Sequence record: KF620435
DNA: 64,000 nt
Direction: 5' to 3' (one strand)
From: Shigella phage pSb-1
Shown: positions 11,234 through 23,008 of the stretch, piece by piece
Numbering within the stretch: the stretch's first letter is position 1
Layout: each line of letters begins with the position of its first letter
Notes under the pieces: model-generated
What the model saw: only the letters and a program-made list of their open reading frames with translations
Databases searched by the model: none
What the model was told of the DNA's origin: nothing
Program-made: the position numbers and the translations under genes

Positions 11234-11740
11234 TTATTCCTGTTCAAAAAGTTTACGGTCAGCCTGAATCTGTTTACCCAACTCAATTAGTTGGCTGTCA
11301 CGGAGTCTAACAGTTGCCCTGAGTTCTTCAACCAAACGTCTGCCTTCTTCAAGACTGTTGTCGAGTCTGGCTGCATGGCTTGCAAGACTTCTGCACTCAA
11401 AGGTTCCGGCTTCGGCTTGACGTTTATATACCGATGCTCGTCTTTCAGACTGTTGCATCCGGCTGTCATAATCACTGCTAACGCGAGCAAGCTCGCTTGC
11501 GTAATTACTCTCAGCCGTCTGCAACCGGGAAGTAAGTAACCCAACTTCATAACTATGGTTTCTTTGGAGAGCATTGTATTTGTCCTGTAATTTTTGTATT
11601 GCCTTCTGATCTTCAATCTTTTGGTCATCCCACTTCTTTTGAACAGTAGACTGTCCGTTGGAATTACCCCAAAAGTAAATGGTGGCCCCGAGGACCACCA
11701 CCAGAAGATAAGGCCAACCTTTAGAGATTAGCATCTTCAT
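11234..11740 (-). CDS. i-spanin (Rz-like)
   Basis: N-terminal transmembrane segment ([17 protein letters not shown]) followed by Gln/Glu/Arg-rich coiled-coil-like region; follows endolysin. Confidence 0.5.
   Translation of the reverse strand: MKMLISKGWPYLLVVVLGATIYFWGNSNGQSTVQKKWDDQKIEDQKAIQKLQDKYNALQRNHSYEVGLLTSRLQTAESNYASELARVSSDYDSRMQQSERRASVYKRQAEAGTFECRSLASHAARLDNSLEEGRRLVEELRATVRLRDSQLIELGKQIQADRKLFEQE
11287..11550 (-). CDS. o-spanin (Rz1-like), embedded in the i-spanin gene in another frame
   Basis: ATG at 11550; lipoprotein-type signal ([22 protein letters not shown]); fully inside 11234..11740. Confidence 0.45.
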   Translation of the reverse strand: MKLGYLLPGCRRLRVITQASLLALAVIMTAGCNSLKDEHRYINVKPKPEPLSAEVLQAMQPDSTTVLKKADVWLKNSGQLLDSVTAN

Positions 11741-12356
11741 TACATGCCTCCAGCGGCACATTGCCTATTCGGTTAGCTACCCAACCATACGTAAAGTCTG
11801 GCATGTTTAATGAGGTGTAGTGGTTCAGTTGTTTAGCATCTAATAACTTAATCATTACCTGACATGCTGCAACTTTGCCTCGTTTTTTCTGTAATGCTTT
11901 ATATGCATTAACAGTACTTGTACCGACTTTACCATCAACCTGTATTTTAGGGTAGTCTTTGCCATCACGGGACATTTCATTAAGAGATAACTGCAACCAC
12001 TTAGCAGGACGAGTTACACCTGTGTTAACACCAGCATCCACCAGCTTATGTGTTACAGCAGGAGATATATCAGCGAAGGCTACGAAGTTAGGCTTAAGTA
12101 CGTAGTCATCAATGTATATCTCAGCAGCCATCTCTTTAGATAAACCTTTCATAGAACCATCCCAACCATACTCGGTAGCCAGAACTTCTTTATGAGTCTT
12201 AGCTACAGATTGGGTAATACCATGATTAGTTTCCCCACCTGGGTCACGAGGATTGTTTACATATCCCCCTTCCATATAAAACACTGCCCCCAGGATAGCA
12301 GCGATAACTCCTCCCACTGCACCACCTTTCGCAGCAAGTTTCTGTTTAGCTTTCAT
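11721..12356 (-). CDS. endolysin, GH108-type N-acetylmuramidase with C-terminal peptidoglycan-binding region
   Basis: N-terminal motif EGGYVNNPRDPGGETNHGIT matches the GH108 signature. Confidence 0.8.
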   Translation of the reverse strand: MKAKQKLAAKGGAVGGVIAAILGAVFYMEGGYVNNPRDPGGETNHGITQSVAKTHKEVLATEYGWDGSMKGLSKEMAAEIYIDDYVLKPNFVAFADISPAVTHKLVDAGVNTGVTRPAKWLQLSLNEMSRDGKDYPKIQVDGKVGTSTVNAYKALQKKRGKVAACQVMIKLLDAKQLNHYTSLNMPDFTYGWVANRIGNVPLEACNEDANL

Positions 12357-12606
12357 GTGAATCTTCCTTTGGTCGGAATCGTATTAATCTACCTACAATA
12401 TTTAAGGCAAACAGTGCGATTGCAATATTGGAACCATGGGGAATATCTTCTAGGATGTGACGAGGTAATCCTGTCAGCATTGGTTGAATGATATCTATGG
12501 CAGAAAACATAATTAAACCAAACGTACTAATCTGAATAGATGCCCACTTCCAGCACCTTTTCCAGTTAGGTACTAACTCTACCCTTCTTTTTAACCTGCG
12601 AACCAT
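12346..12606 (-). CDS. holin candidate (small two-TM membrane protein)
   Basis: ATG at 12606; two hydrophobic segments (ISTFGLIMFSAIDII and IAIALFALNIVGRLI); immediately upstream of endolysin. Confidence 0.35.
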   Translation of the reverse strand: MVRRLKRRVELVPNWKRCWKWASIQISTFGLIMFSAIDIIQPMLTGLPRHILEDIPHGSNIAIALFALNIVGRLIRFRPKEDSHES

Positions 12607-12920
12607 GCGAATATCTCCCGTCTTGCAGCAGCCAATACACCAATAATTGCACCTGCCCCAGCCCACACCCACTTACCGAAAATTCCAGCACCAACAACTT
12701 TATGCTTAATGGTGATGAACTCTTCAATAGTAGGTTCATTCTTAGCTAGACTATCCTCCACATTCTTTAGTCTGTTACCTATGTCATTGATTGAATCCCG
12801 TAGTTCTACCAGAGTTTCCTCCAGTTTCTCACGGTCCTGCCTGTCTCTTGCCTGGTTATCAAACAGAGTCTTCAATCGTTCCTCCAGTCTGACTAGAAGC
12901 AGTTCACCTGATTCATTCAT
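12591..12920 (-). CDS. lysis-associated protein candidate (coiled-coil plus C-terminal TM)
   Basis: Charged N-terminal region then GAGIFGKWVWAGAGAIIGVLAAA hydrophobic tail. Confidence 0.3.
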   Translation of the reverse strand: MNESGELLLVRLEERLKTLFDNQARDRQDREKLEETLVELRDSINDIGNRLKNVEDSLAKNEPTIEEFITIKHKVVGAGIFGKWVWAGAGAIIGVLAAARREIFAWFAG

Positions 12921-13044
12921 AATATTACCGTAGTTATGTAGTTAGGAATCCCGATAGGGTTGTATCATAAGATGACTCCTAGATAATACTTAGTATGATG
13001 GAGTACATCCAGACATAGTGTCTGGTATTAACTACGAGGTAACT

Positions 13045-13671
13045 ATGTCTATTAAAGATATTTTCCAAAGTGGTAGGGATGTTGTATGCAAAATGAAGGG
13101 TGGTTTGTTGGTCGTGGGAAGTTATGGAGAACGAATAGTTTCTGCTAATAATATCTCAGAGCTTCCACCAGAACTGCTACCCATCCCACCAACAGAGTTA
13201 GAAGATACTTTCCTTCTGGACTTGTATACATGGACTGGGAACCAAGCAGTAAATGATCAGTCCTGGTTCAATTACTTTTCATTACCAGGGATAACTAAAT
13301 CACCCGGAGGTACAGCAGCCTTAACTATTGAAGAGGGTAATCTTAAGTTCCCTGTCAGAACCAGGAATACCCAAGTAATGTTCAGTGTTCGTATCTCGGG
13401 AACTATTGCAGGGGGTGCTGGTACAGCCAGGGAATGGAGAACACAAACAAGACGAATCAATGGAACTACAGTAGTAGGTTCAGACGCTAGTGTTAAAGTA
13501 CAAGGTACGGACATTGCTAACAGAGATAACGTACTAGCTACTTACACGCTTGGTTCAATGGACCCTTTCATGGTAGACGGTATTCAGTTGGGTATGCTTA
13601 ATATCTCAGGACAAGTGATCACCTTAACAGCAGTATCGGTTAGGGTAATGCAAACTGTAAACTCCATATAA
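13045..13671 (+). CDS. hypothetical protein on the opposite strand inside the late block (208 aa)
   Basis: ATG at 13045 with GAGGT RBS; own terminator at 13697..13717. Confidence 0.4.
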   Translation: MSIKDIFQSGRDVVCKMKGGLLVVGSYGERIVSANNISELPPELLPIPPTELEDTFLLDLYTWTGNQAVNDQSWFNYFSLPGITKSPGGTAALTIEEGNLKFPVRTRNTQVMFSVRISGTIAGGAGTAREWRTQTRRINGTTVVGSDASVKVQGTDIANRDNVLATYTLGSMDPFMVDGIQLGMLNISGQVITLTAVSVRVMQTVNSI

Positions 13672-13696
13672 AAAGTATTATTAATAAGTAAAAACT

Positions 13697-13717
13697 AACC
13701 CCGCCGAAGCGGGGTTT
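13697..13717. terminator. bidirectional hairpin terminator (CCCCGC-CGAA-GCGGGG + TTT)
   Basis: Perfect GC stem flanked by A-run and T-run, between converging genes. Confidence 0.6.
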
Positions 13718-13723
13718 CAAACA

Positions 13724-15267
13724 TCAATAAAGCACTTCCCATTTACCGTCTCCGGCTGAGAATAAGGTAACAAACTTACCTGCTTGTATCGTTTTTGCCG
13801 ATGATATATTTATGTTTCCACCAGGCTCTAGAATTAAAGTATTAGCGGTATCTGCTCGCAGCATAACTTTTCTCCCCCGTACATAAGCACCAGAGTTTTG
13901 TATGGTTATATTGTTTACGTCTGCCGCTCCGTTTATTTGAATTATATCTCCAGCTGAGGGTATGCTTAGGGTGGCGCCGGATGCTGACACTCGTGAGTCG
14001 TTCATTGGGTCCCATCGGGTTACGTTGTTAGCAATGATAACCCTTCTACTCTGTGTAAAAATATCATCGGTAATACCAACCGAATTGCAGTTGTTTCCGG
14101 TGACAACAACATCATAGCTATTAGGGTCAATTTGGATGGCGTACTTCTGACCGCCTCCACCACCTTTAAAGCTACCGTTAGAAACCACTATGCCTTTACT
14201 TAATCCGGTGAACGCATATCCACCAGTACCTTGTGGACCAATACTTCAGCTTGCAAATCAGCTGGCGATTTACCTTTTAGATTTCCATGAGATATGAAAC
14301 CGCTTAACGTGAACTCTTCACACGCATTAATTTCAAAGCCTAACCACCCATTAGAGTGCGATATATCACCATTTGAACTTGAACTACGGCAGTCCCCAAA
14401 ATCGAAACCAACACCAGTGTTGTTATACGACACATTGCCCGTCGACGTTATAAACGTGCCATTATAAAGCATTCCCTGGTGTGACGTTGTTGTGCCGTTG
14501 TTATAGCTTCTGTTGTTTGAAACTATTGAGTGAGACGTCTGGCAAACAATACCGTTTTGACCGTTGTTATGAGACTTGCACTCGGAGATCAATACCTGGT
14601 CAGCTACCGGTGTCGACGAGTTAGTGATGAACTGAATAGTAATTCCGTTTCCGCCGTTATCATGCGCATGAACTTTCGATATAGTGACTGGCGAGGTAGT
14701 AAACGTAGCGTTAGATAGCACAAGCCCGTCAGAATACGCGGATTGAATTTCGGTGTCCTTTATAGTTTCACCGCGAACATTTCTCAGGTAGATACCATAA
14801 CCAGAGCGAGTGCCGTCAACTAAACAGTTAGCTACCGTGTTACCACCGCCGACTGGGGTATCGCGTATTGTTATGCTGTGGCCTCCCGAAGCCTTTGATA
14901 CTACACGGTCCAGCACAACACCTGTGCGACCATTAATCATAATGTTATTGGCAGCTGAAGAACCGGACGTTCTTGTTCCATCTATAGTTACATTTACAAT
15001 CCTTACGGAGTTAGTATTGACTTGTATTAAGTCTTCAGTTGTATCACTTTTGCGAGAAATGAACCCAGGACCAAACACATCGCATGTAACACTGATGGTT
15101 GTTACTTTATATTCAATATTTGGATTTAGTTTTACAAAAAAACCATTTGTAGTCGCATAGTCTATTGCTGTCTGCAATACGTCCTGATCTGATAATGATG
15201 ACCGTCTAAAAATCTCAGGATCAACGCCTGACATAAAATAGAACCTTGGGATTATTTCACTTCGCAA
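13724..15267 (-). CDS. tailspike/tail fiber with beta-helix-like repeats, frameshifted (fragments 14200..15267 and 13724..14188)
   Basis: Repetitive Asn/Gly/Ser/Thr-rich sequence; downstream frame open from 14245 and continues the protein; one-base loss near 14225..14245. Confidence 0.5.
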
Positions 15268-15380
15268 TGAAGCATCACCAACACTAACCCACTTACCTAA
15301 CCCAGTACCCCCAGCACTTTCAGGAGTTGAACCGGAAGAAACGATTTTAGGTAACTCACCCTCCCAGCGATACTTACCTC

Positions 15381-15740
15381 CTATATGATAAGTAGTTCAT
15401 TTTTAGCATTAAGGGTAGCACCTGTATCAAATGATCCAGGTAATGTAACGTATTCTTCTCGAGATACGGCTAACTCCCCAAGGTCTACAGAACCAGCTGA
15501 ATGTACAAGTACAGCATTAGCACCAAGACTAACAGCAGTAGTACCTGGGGCAATACCAGCAGGTAGTGAATAGGATCTTTGCGTTTCTTTGTCATAAATG
15601 ACTTTATACCCACCTAAATCTACGCCAACTGAGAAGTAAACAACCTCAGACTGTTTAACACCAAACCTACGGGCAATGGCTTGTTTATTGGTAAGAATAC
15701 CAGTAGAGCCTTTACCACCTTGTGAGAACATTTCGTTCAT
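15381..15740 (-). CDS. hypothetical tail-module protein (119 aa)
   Basis: ORF in tail module. Confidence 0.3.
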   Translation of the reverse strand: MNEMFSQGGKGSTGILTNKQAIARRFGVKQSEVVYFSVGVDLGGYKVIYDKETQRSYSLPAGIAPGTTAVSLGANAVLVHSAGSVDLGELAVSREEYVTLPGSFDTGATLNAKNELLII

Positions 15741-15790
15741 AAGAACCTCTTTGTTTTTCTAGGAAACCCCTCCGAAGAGGGGGTTGTTTA

Positions 15791-16108
15791 TCAAGCGTAA
15801 CTTAATTCAACTACAGCACCAACGCCAACAGTACCTGTAAAAGTAATAGTAAGGTTGCTAGAGTCAGCTGCAATTGCAGTTACAACTGCTGCTGCTGCAC
15901 CACTACCTACTTGAATTTGATTATCAAGCTTACTACTTACTACAGTATTATCAGCACACATGAAAATAGCACCTATTGCTAATCCATTACCGTTGGTGGT
16001 TTTAATACGCAAGAACTCTACTAAGGTACTGCCAGTCTTGTTGAAGTTAGGGAACACTTCTTTAATGCGATACATAGGTATCTGGATAGTAGTACTGGGA
16101 CTAGCCAT
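15791..16108 (-). CDS. hypothetical tail-module protein (105 aa)
   Basis: ORF whose start overlaps the stop of the upstream tail gene. Confidence 0.3.
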   Translation of the reverse strand: MASPSTTIQIPMYRIKEVFPNFNKTGSTLVEFLRIKTTNGNGLAIGAIFMCADNTVVSSKLDNQIQVGSGAAAAVVTAIAADSSNLTITFTGTVGVGAVVELSYA

Positions 16109-18691
16109 ACCAACTTAGAATAGGGGATGAGTATGGGGAACCTGTAGCACTTGGAGTAGTAGTATAAGAGGGAGCCGATGCTCTTCCTTCCTGCAAAACA
16201 CCATCCCTGTATCTACGAATTGCCCCACCGATACCAAGTTTTACATCAAGATAATTACCAATAGTACATACTGATTGTGGAACACCTTTAGAAGAACCAT
16301 TCCAATAATTACTAATATCGATTTCTACAACATTATCCGAACCAGTGACATTAGCAAGTCGGTACTTCTGAGTCCTGAAACGACCACATAGCTTAACAAT
16401 AGCCCCGGTAGTACCCTTCACTACAGCAACATAGTTAGTATTATCAGTAGTATCATCGTAAGTACTAAGGTAGGCATCAACTACCCCACCATCAACGTTG
16501 ATGTATTCTACCGTAGCGTATTCTGCACCTAACGTACCTGTAACATTAGAATTGATAAATGTATAAGAAGCTAACGTAGCATGGTCTACAGCAGCCATAG
16601 CAAAGTTTGAGTAGTCTACGCCGTTCAAATAAAAACCAGAACCACCCGGTGAATTAGCGTAGTACCCATCAAACAGTAGACTGGTAGCGGATTGTGCATC
16701 TGCAATAGGTACTCCTTCAGCATTTGTACGTGTACCATCATAGAAGCAAGAGTGGGAAATAGTATCATTGCCACGAATGTCTTTGTGTGTTCCACGCCAT
16801 GCATTCTTACACCAGATATCATATAAACATCCACGGAAATTTATATTCTCTGTGCTGTAATTAGTAGCACTTGGGATGTAAATACCAACTGGACGGTCAC
16901 CAATGGGAGCCTCGTTACACCAAATATCTATGTTCTTAATTTGGAAGTAACGCACGGTCTCAGTGGCCATGAATACGCAGTTAATGTTAGCAGGAGCATA
17001 CCCACCAAAAACAGGTATTAAAGAAGTAATGCCTGATTTAGTGGATGTTCTTTTTGCTACACGACCCCCTGATAAATCAATTTTAAAGTGGGAACCTTAA
17101 GTAGTATGGGTGCATCAATCACAAATCTCTTACTTGAGTCTGCGGAAAAGATTCGGTTGAGGGAGTTAAACATTCTCTGGAATGCATCGGAAGAATCAGC
17201 AATACCTGTTGTGTCATCCCCGGTATAAGAGATTGCACCAAAATCTTCTACAGTAGCATTATTGGTATCTACCCGTTCCCAATACCAGTTTGAATTTACT
17301 GTCGCAATCACCCCACCATCATCGTCTGGTACTTCAGACATACCTGTAGTAGAACGAGCAATAAATTCACCACCACCAGTATCACTATTATCATAGTACC
17401 CAGACAAAAGGACACGTGCACCAGCTGAAGGTGGAACCAAAGTTCTTAGAGCAGCGAATGACTGCACACGTCCGATATTGGTAAAGCCAAGAGGAGAATT
17501 TAAACTATTTTCTAAAGTCTCCAAAGCAGACAACGCTTCACTAGGCATTGGCAATAGGTCAACTGTGATATTCCCTGGTGAGTAAGTTAACTGACCGTTG
17601 GATACAGAATTGATATAAACGTTAGTAGGTAGAGTAGGAAGACCATAAATCTTCTGCCCTACCACATCATATATGACCTTCATACCATTCAAATACTGAG
17701 TGGTATTCGTACTCAGAATAACATCATTCTCATGTACGTTAGCAGAACGAGCTACTTCCTGAACAGTACGGTCAGACATAATGAGCGTAGTGGATTCACC
17801 ACCAATCTGAATAATCAGACGGTCATTAGTAGCTAATGGCTCAGTTAATAGGATACGTTGGTTAGCAGCATCAACCGCATAAGACTTGTCTGCTAAACCT
17901 GCATAATAACGTTCGCCATTCTTATAGATAGCCGGTACAGATTCAAATGTGTAAGGAATAGCAATTACTTGCTCACCACCTGAAGCATACCCACCGTTGT
18001 ACAACCAGTTGATCTGAACCCAGTCAGATACATTAGGATTATCAGGAACTGCTGGAGTACCAGTCAGGAACAGGTGTACTTCATCACCTGGTTCTAATGG
18101 TTGAGCCAGAGTAACGGTTAGTGTAGATGCATCGTAAGTAAAACCATAGCCAACTAAGTTGGTATAGCCATCAATTACAATCATCGGTACACCAACCGTA
18201 CCAGCAGGCACTGGGATAGTGGTTTCACCACCGATAGCAGAACCATTATTATATGAGTATGGAATGTATGGAGGTGATGCTTTACCTTCGCCGTCATCTC
18301 CACCACTATCTGAATTAGAAGTGGCAACCAGAATCCAGGAACCAGTAGCGGAAGGGTCATCTGGAATTACACCTGTACGGTCACCTTCTACATACAGATA
18401 ATCTGTAACAACTCTTTTATTGGTATTGTCAAAACCATACAGTCGTACATAAGATGCACTGGTAGGTATGGCCTTCAGTTCAGTTTCTGATTGAACACCT
18501 AACACCATTCCATATTTATTTAAGAAATCATAAATGAGTTTGAGGTTACCTAGGTTGCAGTACACAGTACGAACCACATGGTAAGCATTACCAAGTAATG
18601 CATCTACCATTGGGTCATTGGAACTGTTCTGGCAGTAAGGATTGGTCCAATCCTGCTTTGCATCAAAGGGGGTATGTGCGTTCATCGCCAT
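16101..18691 (-). CDS. large tail protein (~860 aa), frameshifted (fragments 17057..18691 and 16101..16970)
   Basis: Second fragment's frame is open upstream to ~17096 and overlaps the first fragment's end; restoring one base near 17081..17088 joins them. Confidence 0.45.
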
Positions 18692-19391
18692 CCTCGTTGT
18701 TCAAATTTAGTTTCGGTAATTGAAATACTTCCATTAGCCAGGTCGTAATCAACAACCTCACCACAGATGCTTTCATACGTTTGCAGATACTCTGCTGCCT
18801 TAGCGTTAGCTTCAGGAGTATTCAAACCAGTATGGTAACGATAACCCACCCAGTTATGAAGTGCTGTCATTAGCGTGTCTGCTAAGTCAACTTCCTGTTC
18901 TTCATCACCCGTAAGTACAGGTGCTTAGCTTGATAAGTTACGTTAAGTGCCTCGAAGTGTCGAGGTCGCATACACTGAATAGTATCAGGCCGTGGAGTGA
19001 AGATAGCATGAGGGTCTGAATCGTCGTTCAGTCTACGTCGATTCCCTGAGTTATCAAACACATTTAAGATTTTAATAACATCATCCCGGAAAGGTTTCAT
19101 GAACCCATCCATGATATATGGATATTGAATCTCAAGTGTGGGCTTAGTAAATCTGGAGTAGGCATACTTAGATTGAAGAGGATAATCAGTACGACCTTCC
19201 TTCATTTCCACAATACAACTATTAGTTCTAAGGGGGAAACGACTATGTAATCGTACCAGCCCCTCATTAATAGCAGCTAGTATCTCAGGCTTACTATCTG
19301 GTTCAATATCTAATCTGTCATCAGTGACTGCACCAGTACCTTTCAAGGTACTTAGTGCCAAGCCACGATATACTTCCGATAATTTTTGCAT
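18682..19391 (-). CDS. tail/virion protein (~230 aa), frameshifted (fragments 18882..19391 and 18682..18870)
   Basis: Downstream frame open across the upstream stop; GGG-to-GGGG restoration at plus 18908..18910 joins the frames. Confidence 0.4.
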
Positions 19392-19397
19392 GGTTCC

Positions 19398-20986
19398 TCA
19401 CACAATGTATGAACGTAGTGGGTTAACACTATCTTCTTCTTCATCATCCCACATTGGGTCGCCCTTATTATCCACCATAGTCATACCTGCTTGTGGTTTC
19501 CAAGGATTGAGATAACCCAGCATGGAGATAGTATCAATACAGTCATCCTTACCTTTAATTCCATTAATGGTAGCTAGTTTAATCTGGCCCATGAACAGAC
19601 CCATAATAGTTGAGTCTCTCAACTCTTCCGGGAAGTACATCTTACCAGCTTTGAACCATGGAACTACCAGGTTAAAGCGTGACAGCTTAGAAGTTACAGG
19701 ACGGATGCCTGGCTTACCACCTTCAGAGGATGCAAAGTTAAAGAAGACATTACGGTTAATCATTTCTTTCTGAAGGAGTGAAATGAATCCATTTTGCTGT
19801 CCTGTGATTTCGACCCCAACGTTTTGTGGTTGGTATTCTTGAACCAGACGGAACAGGTCATCAAAGTTTTTATCCATAAGCTGACGATTAGCCACACCAT
19901 CAATCCAGAACCAATCTCCATTAGAACTATAAGCCCAAACTGATATGACACTGTAGTCACTGGTCTGTTTCTCCGAAGTAGCAAAGTCGGTTGTGATGTA
20001 ATAGTTGTAGCAGGACTTCATCCTTAACAGTTGCTGTCTGCTATACCATCTAATTTCACTATCCTGAACCAGTCTCTCATCTTCGGAGCTAATACGGAGC
20101 ATAAGTTCCTGATAGAAGCCTGCCAGCTTACCAGTCTTAACTGCCATATCGTATTGAGCTTTGATGTAATCGTAAGAGAATCGGTCATCCCATGCACCCT
20201 GAAATTCTTCCCTACTACAAGGAAACTTCTCACACACAGGCCACACGTTTACATCCCATGCACCAGACTCAACTGCTTCAATGATAATGTCTTCCTTATT
20301 AAAGGGAGTACCATTGAAAATTACTTTACGACGGGTCGGGTCAAGAGCATGGTTCACACCTTTATAAACAGTATCTTTAATAGCTTCCATGCTAGTCTTG
20401 GAGTTAGCATCCCCGTCACTAATCAAGTCATCCAGTACACAGAGTGTTGGACGCTTACCATATATCTTCGTACCACGAAGACCTGTCTTAGCACCAAATA
20501 GCTTAACACCAAGTCGATGCCCCTCTACATTACGAAACTCCAATAGGTTATCCGTAAAGGTAGCTTCGGGTATCCATTGCTGAAGGAACTCACTATTCTT
20601 GTAACGAAACTCAATGTTCTTACGTGCAGACTTAGCACCGTTATCCATTGAGTCAGATACGTAAATCATTCCTTCTACCTTACCCAGCTTGGTAAGTGCC
20701 CAAACACTGCCAGGAACAAAGTAAAGTATTCCATGAACACAGCAGTCTTACCTGCACCACGGAAACACAGATTAACTACATACTGGTTCGGACTAATCAT
20801 CTTATCCAACATCTTCAGGTGAACTGGTGGTGTTTTGTTGGATTCGCCCTCTTTGCCATTAACCAACTTAATAAAGTTGGCAAAGGTAAGAGCAAACTGA
20901 CTAGGAACATAGTTAGATGAATTAAGGTGGGAGTAATCCACCTGGTCTAGCCATTCATCCAGTTCCTGTTTAATTAACTCAGACAT
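19398..20986 (-). CDS. terL: terminase large subunit (T7 gp19-like), frameshifted (fragments 20675..21007 and 19398..20669)
   Basis: Walker A-like FRGAGKT in N-terminal fragment; Walker B-like LCVLDDLISD in the second; restoring one T at ~20700..20706 gives a continuous protein; ATG 20986 with GAGGA RBS. Confidence 0.75.
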
Positions 20987-21668
20987 CTGTAATGTCCTCA
21001 TCTGCACGTACTAGTTTAGAACCAGCAACCTCTTTGGTAGGTACGCCACTATTGATTGCATTAATCTGCTGTTCAGCTAATGCAGCAAGTGTTGCCTTGA
21101 GGTCAGTCAACCCAGAGTTCTCTCTTAAGTCCAGATTGATATTCGTTACCTGGTCTTTTGGTTTAGCTAAGTGAGTAAGGATAGAGTTAGCTGCATCACA
21201 TCTTACCTTCTCACTTGCTGCTGTAGTCATCAGTTCAACCTGAACGTTGATTGCCTTCTGATAATTATCCTGGTTTACAATCCACACTGGAACCAAACTT
21301 TGTTCCATGATGAGGTTAACTAGCTTACCTCTGTGGTAAGCAGATACGTAAGCACTAATATCTTTCTCACTGGTTCCCCGTGCTACAAGTTCTGCTTGTC
21401 GGTTAGGGAATGTCTTGAAGTAGGCTTCCTTATTTGAGTAGCCCATATGTTTGTAAGTCACATACTGAACTGCATTCATGTAGTCCTGTGTCTTAAACTT
21501 ACCTTCCTTCATTACACCAGAGTAGGAGATAAAGTTTTCACGAAAGGACTCAGCAACCAGTTGGTCTTGGGTTATGTTGTTAATCGTGTCTACCAACTCC
21601 TGGGTCACACTGTTTTTGAAGTTAGCAGGTAAGGCATTAATAATCTGCTGCTTAGTTAGTTCACTCAT
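20979..21668 (-). CDS. terminase small subunit candidate (229 aa)
   Basis: Directly upstream of and overlapping terL start; first gene of the minus-strand block. Confidence 0.35.
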   Translation of the reverse strand: MSELTKQQIINALPANFKNSVTQELVDTINNITQDQLVAESFRENFISYSGVMKEGKFKTQDYMNAVQYVTYKHMGYSNKEAYFKTFPNRQAELVARGTSEKDISAYVSAYHRGKLVNLIMEQSLVPVWIVNQDNYQKAINVQVELMTTAASEKVRCDAANSILTHLAKPKDQVTNINLDLRENSGLTDLKATLAALAEQQINAINSGVPTKEVAGSKLVRADEDITDV

Positions 21669-21839
21669 ACTTATCTCGCTACAAAGTTATGTCTATTAAA
21701 GAAGATTCTTTTCTTGGGGTGAGATACCCCTTGAAGAAACGATACCATACAGTTACACTTTAGTCATGATATAGAAAAAGTTCATGATACTAAATAGTAT
21801 GTAATGTTCCGATGACCCTATTCCCTAAAGGAGTAACCT

Positions 21840-22130
21840 TTGAGAATCTATATGAGAGTCCACGACTCTAAAGATGAATACAAGGAGCTAGACCACACTA
21901 AGGCTGGTATTCTTTCAGATGATATTATCATTACTCACGATGAAGATACCTATCATGAATTGGCTGGGATGATGCTTTTAGAGAATCGACCCGGCATTAA
22001 AATCTTAGAACCAAGAGAAACTTACTCTTTAGAAAAACATCCTTCATCTCTTGTGTTCTTCACAAAATTACCTCATAGTGTCTCCGTCAGGCGAAGCAAA
22101 GACAGTGTTCGGATGACGGTGACGATGTGA
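21840..22130 (+). CDS. early protein, paralog family member 1
   Basis: TTG start with AAGGAG RBS; shares motif around THDEDTYHELAGMMLLEN with the next five ORFs. Confidence 0.45.
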   Translation: MRIYMRVHDSKDEYKELDHTKAGILSDDIIITHDEDTYHELAGMMLLENRPGIKILEPRETYSLEKHPSSLVFFTKLPHSVSVRRSKDSVRMTVTM

Positions 22131-22329
22131 TTAGTCATGCCGCCTAGTAGACAGTGGCGGTACTCGTAAAGAGTTAATAACTTCTACAGTCAGGGTTGCC
22201 CGGCTCCTTTCCTACCTAGTAGGCTAACGATACACATGTATCTAGGGTGATGAACTGACCCGTGATTGAAAACGGTAAGGGTAGAGTCGAGAGGCTCTAC
22301 CCCATTTCTTTTTCAGGAGGTATGCAAAA

Positions 22330-22728
22330 ATGAGCATCTACGCTTTTGATATTGATATTACCGGAGTACTTCGTAAGCAAGAACCCTACTACTTAGGGGA
22401 ACCAGAGATAGTAAGTAAGTTCCTAACACCTAAACAAATGGTCTTCCTGCCTGATTGTGAAGAATCCCATGAGATAGTTGGTTCATTCTTCTTAAGTAAC
22501 CTGCAAATCAATACACGTATACTTACTGAACCAGTTGTGTATGACCTTACTAAGTATGCAGACTTCGAAACATTCTTCCCAGGAGTCAAGTTCTATAAAG
22601 TACCTGGTTGGGAAATGATAGCTGATCATAACGTCTTTAATAAAACACTTTCCATTTACTTCAGACCTATTCCTAAAGGAAGGAAAATCCATCATGAAAT
22701 TCATAATGACCATCCCCAGTTTTGCTGA
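22330..22728 (+). CDS. early protein, paralog family member 2
   Basis: Motif FLPDCEESHEIVGSFFLSN. Confidence 0.45.
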   Translation: MSIYAFDIDITGVLRKQEPYYLGEPEIVSKFLTPKQMVFLPDCEESHEIVGSFFLSNLQINTRILTEPVVYDLTKYADFETFFPGVKFYKVPGWEMIADHNVFNKTLSIYFRPIPKGRKIHHEIHNDHPQFC

Positions 22729-23005
22729 AGAGCCTATGTATACAACTGACTTCACTTTAGAAGAAGTCATGAACAGTAATCCCCAGCAAGTAATCCTGGT
22801 TCCTACCTTAGAGGACTACCATGAAGTAAGGGGTCAACTCTTCTTAGCAGGTAATGACCGTAAGGTTGTGTGTATCATTCCTCCTTCTGTCTATACCAAT
22901 AGTGGTGCGTATGATGCTCTACCTTTTATGTTGATATCTGATGACTACCAATGGGATAGTCGTTATGAGAATGAGGAATACCGTTACTACTATGTAAGGA
23001 AGTAA
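22694..23005 (+). CDS. early protein, paralog family member 3
   Basis: Motif LVPTLEDYHEVRGQLFLAGN. Confidence 0.45.
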   Translation: MKFIMTIPSFAEEPMYTTDFTLEEVMNSNPQQVILVPTLEDYHEVRGQLFLAGNDRKVVCIIPPSVYTNSGAYDALPFMLISDDYQWDSRYENEEYRYYYVRK

Positions 23006-23008
23006 GTT

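Noticed and set aside
11287-11628. Full 113-aa embedded ORF as listed in the track
   Set aside because: Its first 26 codons precede the signal peptide; ATG at 11550 gives a standard n-region/h-region/lipobox layout, so the shorter o-spanin is preferred.
19398-21007. Programmed ribosomal frameshifting as explanation for the split terminase and other split genes
   Set aside because: No slippery heptamer or downstream pseudoknot at the junctions; the same -1 pattern hits many unrelated genes, mostly at homopolymers, which fits sequencing error better.
21669-21840. Late and early promoter calls in the divergent spacer between terminase small subunit and first early gene
   Set aside because: Several weak -10-like hexamers but no convincing -35/-10 pair or conserved hairpin could be fixed by eye.
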